Source of the DNA: Pseudodesulfovibrio sp.
GTDB taxonomy: Bacteria > Desulfobacterota > Desulfovibrionia > Desulfovibrionales > Desulfovibrionaceae
Length of the DNA stretch: 64,000 bases
Direction of reading: 5' to 3'
Assembly (NCBI RefSeq): GCF_028692895.1
Contig: NZ_JAQUWN010000004.1
Span: forward strand, 23,660 to 87,659
Shown: positions 22,245 through 31,702 of the stretch, one piece after another
How positions within the stretch are numbered: position 1 is the first letter of the stretch
Layout of the letters: every line of letters starts with the position of its first letter
Notes under the pieces: generated by a model
Told to the model about the DNA's origin: nothing
Seen by the model: the letters and a program-made list of their open reading frames with translations, nothing else
The model's database searches: none
Made by a program: the position numbers and the translations under genes

Positions 22245-23144
22245 TTACGCTTTGCGTCCCTTGTACTGCATGATGGCGTTGCCCGCGACGATGAAGGCCA
22301 GCCCGGCCACGGTGGCGGGCAGGATGGTCTCGCCCGCCAGGAAGTGGATGAAGACCAGGGAGAGGAAGGGGGAGAGGAAGATGAGGTTGGCCACCCGCGC
22401 CGTGCCGCCGCCGTCGGGCAGGGCGGCGTGCTTCATGGCCGAGAGCCAGAGGGCGAAGGTCAGCCCCATCTCGAACAGGCCGACGTAGGCCCCGCCCAGC
22501 AGGGCCGGGAAGGTGAGCGCGGGCGGCTCGGAGAAGATGCAGGTGGCGGCCAGGATCAGCGGCAGGCCGAAGAGGAAGTTCAGGAACAGGCCGACCACCG
22601 GGTCCAGCTCGCTTTTGGTGTTGATGAGCCAGTACAGGGCCCAGATGAGGGTGCTGCCCAGGGCCAGGCCCACGCCCAGGGGGTCGGAGAAGCGCAGGCC
22701 GAGCGGGTCGCCGTGGGTGGAGATGACCAGCACGCCGAGGTAGCTGACCAGGATGGCGGCCAGGTCCCTGGCGCGCAGTTTCTGCCCCAGCAGGGGGACG
22801 GAGAGCAGGGAGAGGGTGATGGCCCAGGTGTAGTTGAGGGGTTGGGCCTCCTGGGCCGGGAGCAGGGCGTAGGACTTGAAGAGGATCACATAATACAGAA
22901 AGGGGTTGAGCGCGCCGAGCAGGGCGCAACGCAGGAGCTCCCGCCCCCGGACGCGGGCCGCCAGGGCCAGCCGTCCCTTCGCCAGCAGCACGCCGCCCAG
23001 CGCCACCAGGGAGGCCGCGCTGGCCAGCAGCAGGAGCTGGAGCGGGTCGAGGTGGCGCAGGGACAGCTTGAAGGCCGAGGCCACGGTGGACCAGATGGCC
23101 ACCGCGGCCAGGCCGTGCGCCACCGCCTTGGAGCGGTTGGTCAT
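22245..23144 (-). CDS. DMT family transporter (EamA-like)
   Basis: 299 aa with a 10-TM profile and a duplicated EamA-type repeat. Confidence 0.85.
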   Translation of the reverse strand: MTNRSKAVAHGLAAVAIWSTVASAFKLSLRHLDPLQLLLLASAASLVALGGVLLAKGRLALAARVRGRELLRCALLGALNPFLYYVILFKSYALLPAQEAQPLNYTWAITLSLLSVPLLGQKLRARDLAAILVSYLGVLVISTHGDPLGLRFSDPLGVGLALGSTLIWALYWLINTKSELDPVVGLFLNFLFGLPLILAATCIFSEPPALTFPALLGGAYVGLFEMGLTFALWLSAMKHAALPDGGGTARVANLIFLSPFLSLVFIHFLAGETILPATVAGLAFIVAGNAIMQYKGRKA

Positions 23145-23146
23145 TC

Positions 23147-23806
23147 CTAGATGATGACGTGCCGCTTGATGTGGGCCACGCCCTCGGCCGCGTCGTCGGT
23201 GATGAAGAAGAGGTCGAGGTCGCCCTTGGCGATGAACTGGTTGGGCAGCAACTGGCCCTTGAACCAGTCGATGAGCCCGCCCCAGAATTCGGAGCCGAAG
23301 AGGACGATGGGGAAGGGCTTGATGCGGTGGGTCTGGATCAGGACCAGGGCCTCGGCCAGCTCGTCCAGGGTCCCGAACCCGCCGGGCAGGGCCACGTAGG
23401 CCAAGGCGTATTTGATGAACATGAGCTTGCGGATGAAGAAGTAGCGGAAGTCGCAGGTCACGTTCAGGTAGTCGTTCTTGTGCTGTTCCAGCGGCAGGTG
23501 GATGTGCAGGCCGATGGACTCGCCGTCCGCCTCGAAAGCGCCCTTGTTGCCAGCCTCCATGAGGCCGGGACCGCCGCCGGTGATGACCGAGAATCCGGCC
23601 TTGGACAGCTCACGGGCGAATTCCTCGGTTTGTTGGTAGAGCGGATTGTCCGGGGTGACCCTGGCCGAACCGAACATGGACACGGCCGGGCCGATCTCCG
23701 CCAGGGTTTCGAAACCGTCGACGATTTCGGACATGATCTTGAAGAGCCGCCAGGACTCCTGCATGGAGAGGTCGTCTATGAGATACTGCTTCGAACGATT
23801 AATCAT
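23147..23806 (-). CDS. LOG family / TIGR00730 Rossmann-fold nucleotide-binding protein
   Basis: MINRSKQ start with an AAGGAG RBS, plus GGGPGLMEA and PGGFGTLDEL motifs. Confidence 0.88.
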   Translation of the reverse strand: MINRSKQYLIDDLSMQESWRLFKIMSEIVDGFETLAEIGPAVSMFGSARVTPDNPLYQQTEEFARELSKAGFSVITGGGPGLMEAGNKGAFEADGESIGLHIHLPLEQHKNDYLNVTCDFRYFFIRKLMFIKYALAYVALPGGFGTLDELAEALVLIQTHRIKPFPIVLFGSEFWGGLIDWFKGQLLPNQFIAKGDLDLFFITDDAAEGVAHIKRHVII

Positions 23807-23990
23807 GAAAACTCCTTGTGGGTTGCCCCCGTCCGCCGATCGCCGGTTGCCTGACGGCGGATAATAAGGCATGTTTGCGCGGCGTCGGGCAATGGTCCGT
23901 CGCGCGCAACTGTCCCATTACAACGATTTTTTCCCTTTCGGAAGCGGAATGTCAGTGGTGTTTCCGGCCGGGGGATGCACGAGGAACCGG

Positions 23991-25598
23991 ATGAAAATCA
24001 CATTCATGGGGGCGGCTCGCACCGTCAGCGGCTCCTGCTACATCGTCGAGTGCGGCGGCAAGCGGTTCGCCGTGGACTGCGGCCTGCATCAGGGCAACGC
24101 CGAGATCGAAAAGCGGAACTGGAATTTCGAGGCCTATGACGCCAAGAAGATCGACTTCATCCTGATAACCCACGCCCACATCGACCACAGCGGGCTCCTG
24201 CCCGCCCTGGTGGCCAAGGGGTTCAAGAATCCCATCTACTGCACCGCCCCCACAAGGGACCTGGTGGAGATCATGCTCCTGGACAGCGCCCACATCCAGG
24301 AGATGGAAGCGGAATGGGCCAACCGCAAGCGGCTGCGCACCGGCATCCAGTTGGAGCGCGCCCTCTACACCGTGGCCGACGCCGAGCAGGCCGTGCCCCT
24401 GCTCGCCACCGTGGACTACGACAACACCTTCGAGCCCGCGCCGAACATCCGGGTCAGGTTCAAGAACGCCGGGCACATTCTGGGTTCGGCCTTCATCGAG
24501 CTGGAGTACGACGAGGGCGGCAAGCGGACGAGGCTGGTATTCTCCGGCGACCTGGGGCGGCCGGAGCAGCTCATCGTCGAGGACCCGGACGAGATGAGCC
24601 GGGCGGACTACGTGTTTCTGGAGTCCACCTACGGCAACCGCACCCACCCCGACGCGGAGCACAGCCTGGACGAGCTGGCCAAGGCCATCGAGTACAGCTA
24701 CGGCAAGGGCGAGAAGGTGGTCATTCCGGCCTTCGCCGTGGAGCGCTCCCAGCAGATCATCTACAGCCTCTTCCTGCTGCGCAAGCAGGGGCGGCTGCCC
24801 GAGGACATGCCCGTCTACCTGGACAGCCCCCTGGCCATCCGGGCCACCGAGGTTTTCCGCAAGCATCCGGAATTCTACGACGAGAAGAGCCGGGAGTACC
24901 TCCGCAACGGCGAGCATCCCCTGGACCTGCCCAACCTGCATTTCACCGAGACCCGCGAGCAGTCCCAGGCCATCAACGAATCCAAGGGCCCGGCCATCAT
25001 CATCTCCGCGAGCGGCATGGCCAACGCGGGCCGGGTCAAGCACCACCTGCGCCACAACCTGTGGCGTCCGGGGGCCAGCGTCATCTTCGTGGGCTGGCAG
25101 GGCGTGGGCACGCCCGGCCGCAAGATCCTCAACGGGGCCAAGAAGATCCGCCTGTTCGGCGAGGAAGTGGTCGTCGCGGCCAAGATATTCACCATCAACG
25201 GCTTCTCCGGCCACGCGGACCGGGACGACCTCCTCAAGTGGCTGGAGTCCATGCGCGGCAGGCCGGTCCAGATCATCCTGGTCCACGGCGAGGCCGAGGT
25301 GCAGAAGGATTTCGCCGCCCTGATCACCGAGCGGTTCGGCTTCAAGGTCCACATTCCCGAGTACCTGGAGGAGCTGGAGCTGGAGCCGGGCGTCTCCTTC
25401 CAGCCCGTGGTGGACCTGGAAAAGGCCCGGCCGCACGTGGACTGGGAATTCCTGCTCCGCGATTCCGAGCATCTGTACGCCGAGCTCCGGAAGCGGGTGG
25501 CGAGTGTGGAGGAACGTCCCTGGGTGGACCAGGTGGACATCCGCGACCGGCTCCTGGCCGTCAATCGCCAGATCGTGGAACTCATCTCCGAGATGTAG
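23991..25598 (+). CDS. MBL-fold metallo-hydrolase, beta-CASP RNA-metabolising family
   Basis: MKITFMGAARTVSGSC start with a GAGGAA RBS, the HAHIDHSG motif, and beta-CASP plus RMMBL-type C-terminal motifs (SGHAD). Confidence 0.88.
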   Translation: MKITFMGAARTVSGSCYIVECGGKRFAVDCGLHQGNAEIEKRNWNFEAYDAKKIDFILITHAHIDHSGLLPALVAKGFKNPIYCTAPTRDLVEIMLLDSAHIQEMEAEWANRKRLRTGIQLERALYTVADAEQAVPLLATVDYDNTFEPAPNIRVRFKNAGHILGSAFIELEYDEGGKRTRLVFSGDLGRPEQLIVEDPDEMSRADYVFLESTYGNRTHPDAEHSLDELAKAIEYSYGKGEKVVIPAFAVERSQQIIYSLFLLRKQGRLPEDMPVYLDSPLAIRATEVFRKHPEFYDEKSREYLRNGEHPLDLPNLHFTETREQSQAINESKGPAIIISASGMANAGRVKHHLRHNLWRPGASVIFVGWQGVGTPGRKILNGAKKIRLFGEEVVVAAKIFTINGFSGHADRDDLLKWLESMRGRPVQIILVHGEAEVQKDFAALITERFGFKVHIPEYLEELELEPGVSFQPVVDLEKARPHVDWEFLLRDSEHLYAELRKRVASVEERPWVDQVDIRDRLLAVNRQIVELISEM

Positions 25599-25601
25599 CC
25601 C

Positions 25602-26156
25602 ATGCGAGTCGTGGGCGGAGAATTGAAGGGCAGGACCATCAAGACCTGCGAGGGACCGGGGTACCGGCCCGCCACCATGAAGGTGCGCGAGTCCGTGTTT
25701 TCCATGCTCCAGGCCCGGGGGGTGGATTTCCCCTCGGTCCGGGTCATCGACCTGTTCGCGGGCAGCGGCAGCCTGGGCATCGAGTGCCTGAGCCGGGGCG
25801 CGCCCGAGGTCTGGTTTGTGGAGAAGGCGCCCAAGGCGGCCGCCCTGATCCGGGAGAACCTCAAGAACTTGGGCGTGAGCCGGGGAAGGGTGGTGGCCAA
25901 GGACCTCTTCAAGGTGCTTGAACAGCCGCCGCAGCGTCCGTTCGACCTGCTGTTCATCGACCCCCCCTACGGCAAGGGATTGCTTGCGCCCGCCCTGGAA
26001 ATGGCGTTGAATAAGGGCTGGGCGGCCAAGGGCGGGATCATCGTGGCCGAGGTGGAGACCTCGGTGCGCCCGCCCGAGACGGGCCCCCTGGCGGAACTCG
26101 AATTGCTAACCGATCGTGAATATGGTCAAACCAGGATTATAGTATGGCGGATTTGA
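25602..26156 (+). CDS. rsmD: 16S rRNA (guanine(966)-N(2))-methyltransferase RsmD
   Basis: 184 aa with RPT..KVRE..F, DLFAGSGSLGIE and DPPY motifs. Confidence 0.88.
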   Translation: MRVVGGELKGRTIKTCEGPGYRPATMKVRESVFSMLQARGVDFPSVRVIDLFAGSGSLGIECLSRGAPEVWFVEKAPKAAALIRENLKNLGVSRGRVVAKDLFKVLEQPPQRPFDLLFIDPPYGKGLLAPALEMALNKGWAAKGGIIVAEVETSVRPPETGPLAELELLTDREYGQTRIIVWRI

Positions 26157-26680
26157 ACCCTCGGCTGGCAGTCTATCCCGGCACCTTCGACCCGTTGACC
26201 ATGGGGCACGTCAGCCTCATCCGGCGCGGCCTCAAGGTGTTCGACCAGGTGATCCTCGCCATTGCCGAGTCCACTCCGAAGAAGACGCTCTTCACCATCG
26301 GCGAGCGAGTGGCGCTGGCCAAGGAGGTCTTCCGGGACGACACCAACATCATCGTCGATTCCTTCGATTCCCTGCTCATCGACTACGTGGCAGAGAAGGG
26401 CGCGGGGTCCGTGCTGCGCGGCCTGCGCGCGGTTTCGGACTTCGAGTACGAATTCCAGATGGCGCTGATGAACCGCAAGCTGGACCGCGAGATCCAGACC
26501 GTGTTCATGATTACGGACTTCAAGTGGATGTACCTGAGCTCGACCATCGTCAAGGAAGTGGCCATGTACGGCGGCGACATCTGCGGCCTGGTCCCCGGCC
26601 CGGTGGTCAAGGCCCTGCACATCCGGTACGGCACCGGCTACGGCTGCGGGGACAAGCACGGGCAGCATGGCGACGACTAA
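26144..26680 (+). CDS. coaD: pantetheine-phosphate adenylyltransferase
   Basis: AVYPGTFDPLTMGH(V) motif. It overlaps rsmD by 13 nt and has a Gly/His-rich C-terminal tail of about 18 aa. Confidence 0.93.
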   Translation: MADLNPRLAVYPGTFDPLTMGHVSLIRRGLKVFDQVILAIAESTPKKTLFTIGERVALAKEVFRDDTNIIVDSFDSLLIDYVAEKGAGSVLRGLRAVSDFEYEFQMALMNRKLDREIQTVFMITDFKWMYLSSTIVKEVAMYGGDICGLVPGPVVKALHIRYGTGYGCGDKHGQHGDD

Positions 26681-27605
26681 GCCGCCCATCGTCTGCCTGC
26701 TCGGCCCCACGGGCACGGGCAAGACCGCGGCGGCCATCGCGGTGTCCCGCCGGATGGACGCGAGCGTGGTCAACTTCGACTCCCGCCAGGTCTACCGGGA
26801 CTTCCCGATCATCACGGCCCAGCCCGACGAGACCGAGCGCGCGGCCTGCCCGCATCTCCTCTACGGCTTCCTGCCCACGGAGGAGAAGATGAGCGCGGCG
26901 CGTTTCGTGGAGCTGGCCGTGGGGGCCATCGAGGCGGTCCGCGCAGAGGGGCGCCTGCCCATCCTGGTGGGCGGCACCGGCCTGTACCTGCGCTCCCTGC
27001 TCCAGGGCATCGCGCCCATTCCCGCGATTCCGGCCGACGTCCGGCTCCGGGTCCTGGAGCGCATCGAGCGGGAGGGACCTCAGGCCCTTCATGCCGAACT
27101 GACGGAGAACGACCCCAAGTACGCCGCCGTCATCCATCCGAACGACACCCAGCGAAACGCCAGGGCCGCCGAAGTCTACCTGGCAACCGGCCATACTCTG
27201 ACCTGGTGGCACGAGAACGGCGAGCACACGCCCGCGCCTTACGACGCCCTCAAGATCGGCATGGGCATCGGTCTGGACGAACTGGAGCCGCACCTGGCCC
27301 GGCGCATCGACGCCATGCTGGCGGCCGGGGCCCTGGACGAGGCCCGCGCGGCACGCGAGCGCTGCCCGGCCCAGGACGCGCCCGGCTGGTCAGGCATCGG
27401 CTGCGCCGAGTTGCTGGCCCACCTGCGTGGGGAAATTCCTCTGGACGAGGCCAGGACGCGGTGGGTGAAGAACACGCGCGCCTATGCCAAGCGGCAGCTC
27501 ACCTGGTTTCGCAAGGAAGCGGACATCCGCTGGTTTTCGCCGGGCGGGAACGAGGCCGTGGCCGACTGCGTGGCCGACTGGCTGGCTGCCCGACTGGCGG
27601 ACTGA
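26667..27605 (+). CDS. miaA: tRNA dimethylallyltransferase
   Basis: IVCLLGPTGTGKT P-loop and the typical MiaA length. It overlaps coaD by 14 nt. Confidence 0.93.
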   Translation: MATTKPPIVCLLGPTGTGKTAAAIAVSRRMDASVVNFDSRQVYRDFPIITAQPDETERAACPHLLYGFLPTEEKMSAARFVELAVGAIEAVRAEGRLPILVGGTGLYLRSLLQGIAPIPAIPADVRLRVLERIEREGPQALHAELTENDPKYAAVIHPNDTQRNARAAEVYLATGHTLTWWHENGEHTPAPYDALKIGMGIGLDELEPHLARRIDAMLAAGALDEARAARERCPAQDAPGWSGIGCAELLAHLRGEIPLDEARTRWVKNTRAYAKRQLTWFRKEADIRWFSPGGNEAVADCVADWLAARLAD

Positions 27606-27607
27606 AC

Positions 27608-28309
27608 CTAGCGGCCCGAGTACCGCTCCTCCTTCCACGGATCGGCGGAATTGCTGTAGCCGCGCGTTTCCCAGTAGCCTGGTTCGTCCTTGCTGACGAC
27701 TTTCAATCCTTCCAACCACTTGGCGCTCTTGTAGAAGTAGCGGTCCGGCACCACGGCCCTCACGGGCCCGCCGTTGGGGCGCGGCAGGGGGCGGCCGTTG
27801 AACGTGTGGGCAAGGAAAACGGTCCGGTCCCGGACGTCGCTCAGGGGGATGCTTGTGGTGTACCCGTGGGCCGCCTCGAAGACCAGGAATCCGGCCTTTG
27901 CGGCGGGCTCGGCCCGGGCGAGGAGGGCGGTGAGGGGCACGCCGCCCCAGCGGGAGTCGAGCAGGGTCCAGCCCGTCACGCAGTGGACGTCGCAGGTGAC
28001 GTCCGCCTGGGTGAACGCCAGCAGTTCCGCGAAGGTGACCGAAAAGGGCTTTTCGACCTCCCCGTGGACCTTGAGCCGCCAGGCGTCGACGTCGGGCGAT
28101 CCGGGGCGACCGCCCATGTCCTCGATCCTTTCGACCGCCACCTGTCCGGGCGGTATGCGCGGTTTGCCGTCCGGGCGGCGCTCCTCTGCCACGGCGAGCC
28201 GCCGGGCGTCCGAGAGGGTGGCGAAGACGCCGGGCAGGCCGATGGCGGCCACGGTCCCGGCCGCGGCGGCCAGGAAGTGACGTCGGGTGAGCTTGGCATT
28301 TCGTTCCAT
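27608..28309 (-). CDS. sulfite-oxidase-like molybdopterin-dependent oxidoreductase (Tat-exported, YedY/MsrP-like)
   Basis: [18 protein letters not shown] twin-arginine signal and the HCVTGW Moco-Cys motif. The longer 398-aa ORF extension is an artefact. Confidence 0.85.
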   Translation of the reverse strand: MERNAKLTRRHFLAAAAGTVAAIGLPGVFATLSDARRLAVAEERRPDGKPRIPPGQVAVERIEDMGGRPGSPDVDAWRLKVHGEVEKPFSVTFAELLAFTQADVTCDVHCVTGWTLLDSRWGGVPLTALLARAEPAAKAGFLVFEAAHGYTTSIPLSDVRDRTVFLAHTFNGRPLPRPNGGPVRAVVPDRYFYKSAKWLEGLKVVSKDEPGYWETRGYSNSADPWKEERYSGR

Positions 28310-28350
28310 GAACCGCTCCGGAAAAGGTCGCCGGGTGTCGAAGGGAGCCG

Positions 28351-28833
28351 CTAACCCGCGATCAGGGTCAGTTGGGCCGGGGTGAGGTGCCAGTTCAGGG
28401 TGGCGTTTCCCTTCTCCGGCAGGTCGAGCTGGGTCAGCCCCGCGTTTTCGATGTGCACGGCCGGTTCCGTTCCGCCGGTGAGCAGGGCGGCGGCCACCTT
28501 GGTCAGTGATGGCAGATGTCCGGTCACAAGCACGCTTTCCAATCCCTGATATTCTTTGATGAAGTCGATGGTCTCGCGGGCCGGGGCCATGGCCTTGGCC
28601 GCCTCGGTCACCTGGATGCGCGACACGGGATAGCCCGTGGCTCTGGCCATGATCTCGGCCGTTTGCCGGGATCGAAGCTTGGGGCTGGCCACGATCAGTT
28701 CGAAGCGCAGGCCGAGCACGGCCGCGGCCCGAGCGGTCTTCTCCACGATCTCCCGTCCCACCGGGCTCAGGGGCTGATTGGGGTCCAGTTGTTCCGAAAG
28801 GCACGCGCCGTGTTGCATCAGGTGTATCAGCAT
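28351..28833 (-). CDS. sixA: phosphohistidine phosphatase SixA-like (QHG instead of RHG motif)
   Basis: 160 aa that aligns to E. coli SixA ([18 protein letters not shown]). The N-terminal motif reads LMQHGA. Confidence 0.75.
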   Translation of the reverse strand: MLIHLMQHGACLSEQLDPNQPLSPVGREIVEKTARAAAVLGLRFELIVASPKLRSRQTAEIMARATGYPVSRIQVTEAAKAMAPARETIDFIKEYQGLESVLVTGHLPSLTKVAAALLTGGTEPAVHIENAGLTQLDLPEKGNATLNWHLTPAQLTLIAG

Positions 28834-28986
28834 GGTTTCTCCGGTGTTGCAGGGAATCCCATGAAAGCTATCACCCGGCGTGGCGGGGTGCAAGCCGCTT
28901 GCGGAAATGCGGCAAGCGGGGTACATCCGGGGTGGTTTTTTCAACGCCCGCCGCGCGCGGGACCGCACCCAAGGATAATCGCACCA

Positions 28987-29916
28987 ATGCCTATACGCAA
29001 ACTCCTGTTGACCCTGGCCCTGCTCCTGGCCCTTCCCGGCCCGGCGTCGGCCTTCCAGGGATATGTCCAGCCCGTCGGGCCGGGCGGAACCATCGCCTGG
29101 GGCGACGGCGAACTGACCGTGGCCCGCATCCTCGACGCCTCCGCCGGGGGGGAATCCGAGTCCGGGGCCATCGCCGTGCGCAAGGCCGTTTCCGGCGCGC
29201 GCAAGCAACTCCTCGACATGATCCTGGGCATCCGCGTCGACGCCCGCAGCACCGTGGGGGCCTACCTCTCCGAGGACGACGAGATGGCCGCGCGGGTCCG
29301 GGGCGCGGTGCAGAACTCGCCCCTCAAGCGGCCCGCGCTCTTTGCCGAGGGCGGTGAAATCCGGGTTTCGGAATCCCTGCGCGGCAAGCTGGCAGAGCTG
29401 GTGCTGCCGACCACGATCCAGTTCCAGAGCGGCATCCCGCCCAAGCTCTCCACTTCCATGGAACAGCGCCTGGACTTCGAGGAAGGGGAGCCCGAGCACG
29501 TGGGCGGCGGCGGTGGAGGCTACACCGGCGTGGTCATCGACGCGCGCGGGTTGAAGGTCACCCCGGCCCTGGCCCCGGTCGTCTACGGCCAGGACGGCCA
29601 GGGAGCCTACGGCCCGTTCCTGGTCAGCCGCCAGAGCGCCATCGACAGGGGCGTCGCCGCCTATGCGTCCACCGCCGATCCCGTCGCGCTGAGGGAGCGG
29701 GTGGGCAGCCATCCCCTGGTCATCAAGGCCGTCAGCGCCTATGGTTCCTGGCGGACCGACCTGATCGTCCCCACCCCCATGGCGAGGCTGGTCCGGGCCG
29801 TGATGCGCTCGGCCGACGCCGTGGACAACTGTCGGCTGGTCATCGTCCTCGACCCGCCCGCGCAGCCGGAGGAAATTCCGGGTCAGGCCCCGGCGGAGGT
29901 GGGCGGCAATGCGTAG
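28987..29916 (+). CDS. secreted hypothetical protein (LPP20/FlgT-like N-region)
   Basis: Signal peptide MPIRKLLLTLALLLALPGPASA. There is a Gly6 linker and a C-terminal motif YTGVVIDARGLKVTPALAPVVYGQDG. Confidence 0.65.
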   Translation: MPIRKLLLTLALLLALPGPASAFQGYVQPVGPGGTIAWGDGELTVARILDASAGGESESGAIAVRKAVSGARKQLLDMILGIRVDARSTVGAYLSEDDEMAARVRGAVQNSPLKRPALFAEGGEIRVSESLRGKLAELVLPTTIQFQSGIPPKLSTSMEQRLDFEEGEPEHVGGGGGGYTGVVIDARGLKVTPALAPVVYGQDGQGAYGPFLVSRQSAIDRGVAAYASTADPVALRERVGSHPLVIKAVSAYGSWRTDLIVPTPMARLVRAVMRSADAVDNCRLVIVLDPPAQPEEIPGQAPAEVGGNA

Positions 29917-30811
29917 ATTCCCCTGTCTTTTCCTGTCCTCGCTCCTGGCGCTGGCCCTGTGGTGCAACGCGGCCGGGGCCGCCGAGGTCCGCGTGTTCCG
30001 GCCCATGGAGGAGGGGCTCTCCGCCATGCATATCCGCGCCCTGGCCATGGCCGAGGGATTCGCCCAGGCTGTGGCGGAGGCCTCCCAGGCCATGCTGCCC
30101 GCCAAGCTGGACGAGGCCCGCGCGGAATACTTCAAGGAATACCTCACCGGCCGGGCCGAGCCGTACGTCATGGGCTACAAGGTCCTCTCCACAGAGGCCT
30201 CCAAGGCCGGGCTGATCCTGAGCCTGGACGTCACCGTGAACAAGTCCACCCTGCGCGAAGGCCTCCGGGGGCTCGGGCTGATGGCCGACGGGCCGACCTC
30301 CGCCTCGGTGGTCCTGCCCGGCGACCTGGACGAGGCCACCCGCGCCCAGGTGGAGCATCTCGAAGTCCTCAGCGGCCTCCGGGCGGAGGATTCCGCGCTG
30401 CCCCGGTTCACCTTGGAGCGCGCGCGGGAGAAGGACGTCTACCGCGCCCGTCTGGAGACGGCGGACCGCGAATGGATGGCGGTCGGCAAGGACATCCCGG
30501 CCCTGTGGCTCGACCTGTGGGCACGCTATTTCGTTCGCGAGAACGCGGCCGAGGCCCGGTCCGAGAGCCACACCCTCGCCGTGACCGGCTGGTTCTCGCC
30601 TGACGCGGCCCTGGAGTTCGACCGGGTCCTGCGCGGCTGGGATTCCTCGGTCCAGGACGTCCGCCTGGTGGAGATGGACATGCAGCCGACGGGCGTGGGG
30701 GCCACCTGGGTTTTCCGCCTGCTGAGCGCCGACCGGCTGGCCGTGCAGCTCCAGGGCTTCCTGCCCCAGCGCGGGCTGAGCTACAAGCTGGAGGAGCGGG
30801 CCGCCAACTGA
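29909..30811 (+). CDS. secreted hypothetical protein
   Basis: Signal peptide MRRFPCLFLSSLLALALWCNAAGA and a GGAGGTGGG RBS. It overlaps the upstream gene by 8 nt. Confidence 0.65.
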   Translation: MRRFPCLFLSSLLALALWCNAAGAAEVRVFRPMEEGLSAMHIRALAMAEGFAQAVAEASQAMLPAKLDEARAEYFKEYLTGRAEPYVMGYKVLSTEASKAGLILSLDVTVNKSTLREGLRGLGLMADGPTSASVVLPGDLDEATRAQVEHLEVLSGLRAEDSALPRFTLERAREKDVYRARLETADREWMAVGKDIPALWLDLWARYFVRENAAEARSESHTLAVTGWFSPDAALEFDRVLRGWDSSVQDVRLVEMDMQPTGVGATWVFRLLSADRLAVQLQGFLPQRGLSYKLEERAAN

Positions 30812-30850
30812 TCCGGCCGGCCCGTTCTGTCGGCCCGGTCGATGGACGAC

Positions 30851-30882
30851 AAAAAAGCCGACTGCATGGCAGTCGGCTTTTT
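30851..30882. terminator. bidirectional terminator
   Basis: AAAAAA-GCCGACTGC-ATG-GCAGTCGGC-TTTTT, a perfect 9-bp stem between two convergent genes. Confidence 0.78.
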
Positions 30883-30905
30883 GATTCCCTTGGCGTCCGG
30901 AAGAA

Positions 30906-31103
30906 CTAGTCTTCCTTTTTCTTCTCTTCGGTTTCCTTTTTGGGCGTCACGTCGATTTCCTGCGGTTCGCTGCTGGCCTTCTTGAAGTTGCTGATGGCCT
31001 GGCCGATGCCGCCGCCGATTTCCGGCAGTTTCTTGGCCCCGAAGATGACCAGCACGATGACGAGAATAATCAAAAGTTCCCAGATGCCGAATCCGCCGAT
31101 CAT
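30906..31103 (-). CDS. tatA: twin-arginine translocase TatA/TatE family subunit
   Basis: [28 protein letters not shown] with a GGAGG RBS, 65 aa. Confidence 0.9.
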   Translation of the reverse strand: MIGGFGIWELLIILVIVLVIFGAKKLPEIGGGIGQAISNFKKASSEPQEIDVTPKKETEEKKKED

Positions 31104-31304
31104 GTATAGCCTCCAATAATAAACGTCTTTGATGGTGGGTAGAGCCTGGCTATACACCCGGCCTCCCGGCAGGTCAAGGACATGGCGCTTTTCCGGACGG
31201 CGCGGAGCCGTGCCGGCGGGCGGACGTTATCCCTTTACAATCATTAAGCGGGACTATACACCTTGCGAAAGCTTCGGGAGGGTTCCCGGACGGACGGGAG
31301 CGCC

Positions 31305-31685
31305 ATGGCCGAAATCGCGAGATTGCCCGGAGAGGGGTGCCGACACTTCGACGCCGGGCGGTGCCTGTACGAGGAGCACCTCAACCCCGGGTACGACGCC
31401 AGGTACCGCTGCCTGGTGCTGGAGCATTGGGCCGAGGCCTTCGACGAGTTCCTGTCGCGGGCCGAAGCGTTCCGGGTGGAGCAGGACGCGGTGTCCGGCC
31501 TCTGGGCCCGCCAGTTCCAGCGGCTCGCGCGCAGGACCCTGCACTGCGCGCGCCATGAATTTTGCGCGGCGGCCGAGGCCCCGGCCTGCCTCCACGTCGT
31601 GGACGGCCTGTGCCGGTTGAACCTGCCCGCCTGCGAGGGGCGCTGCCGCCACTTCCGTCCGGCCGAGCCCGAGGAGAAAGCGTGA
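31305..31685 (+). CDS. hypothetical Cys-rich protein (126 aa, 9 Cys)
   Basis: ATG 31305 with a GGGAG RBS. The motif GCRHF appears near the N-terminus and GRCRHF near the C-terminus. No family recognised. Confidence 0.55.
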   Translation: MAEIARLPGEGCRHFDAGRCLYEEHLNPGYDARYRCLVLEHWAEAFDEFLSRAEAFRVEQDAVSGLWARQFQRLARRTLHCARHEFCAAAEAPACLHVVDGLCRLNLPACEGRCRHFRPAEPEEKA

Positions 31686-31702
31686 AAACCAAGGAGTCGT
31701 CG

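Noticed and set aside
28834-30171. N-terminal 446 codons of the 606-aa minus-strand ORF ending at 28351
   Set aside because: Only the last 160 codons align to SixA and have an RBS and ATG. The upstream part is antisense to the two secreted-protein genes.
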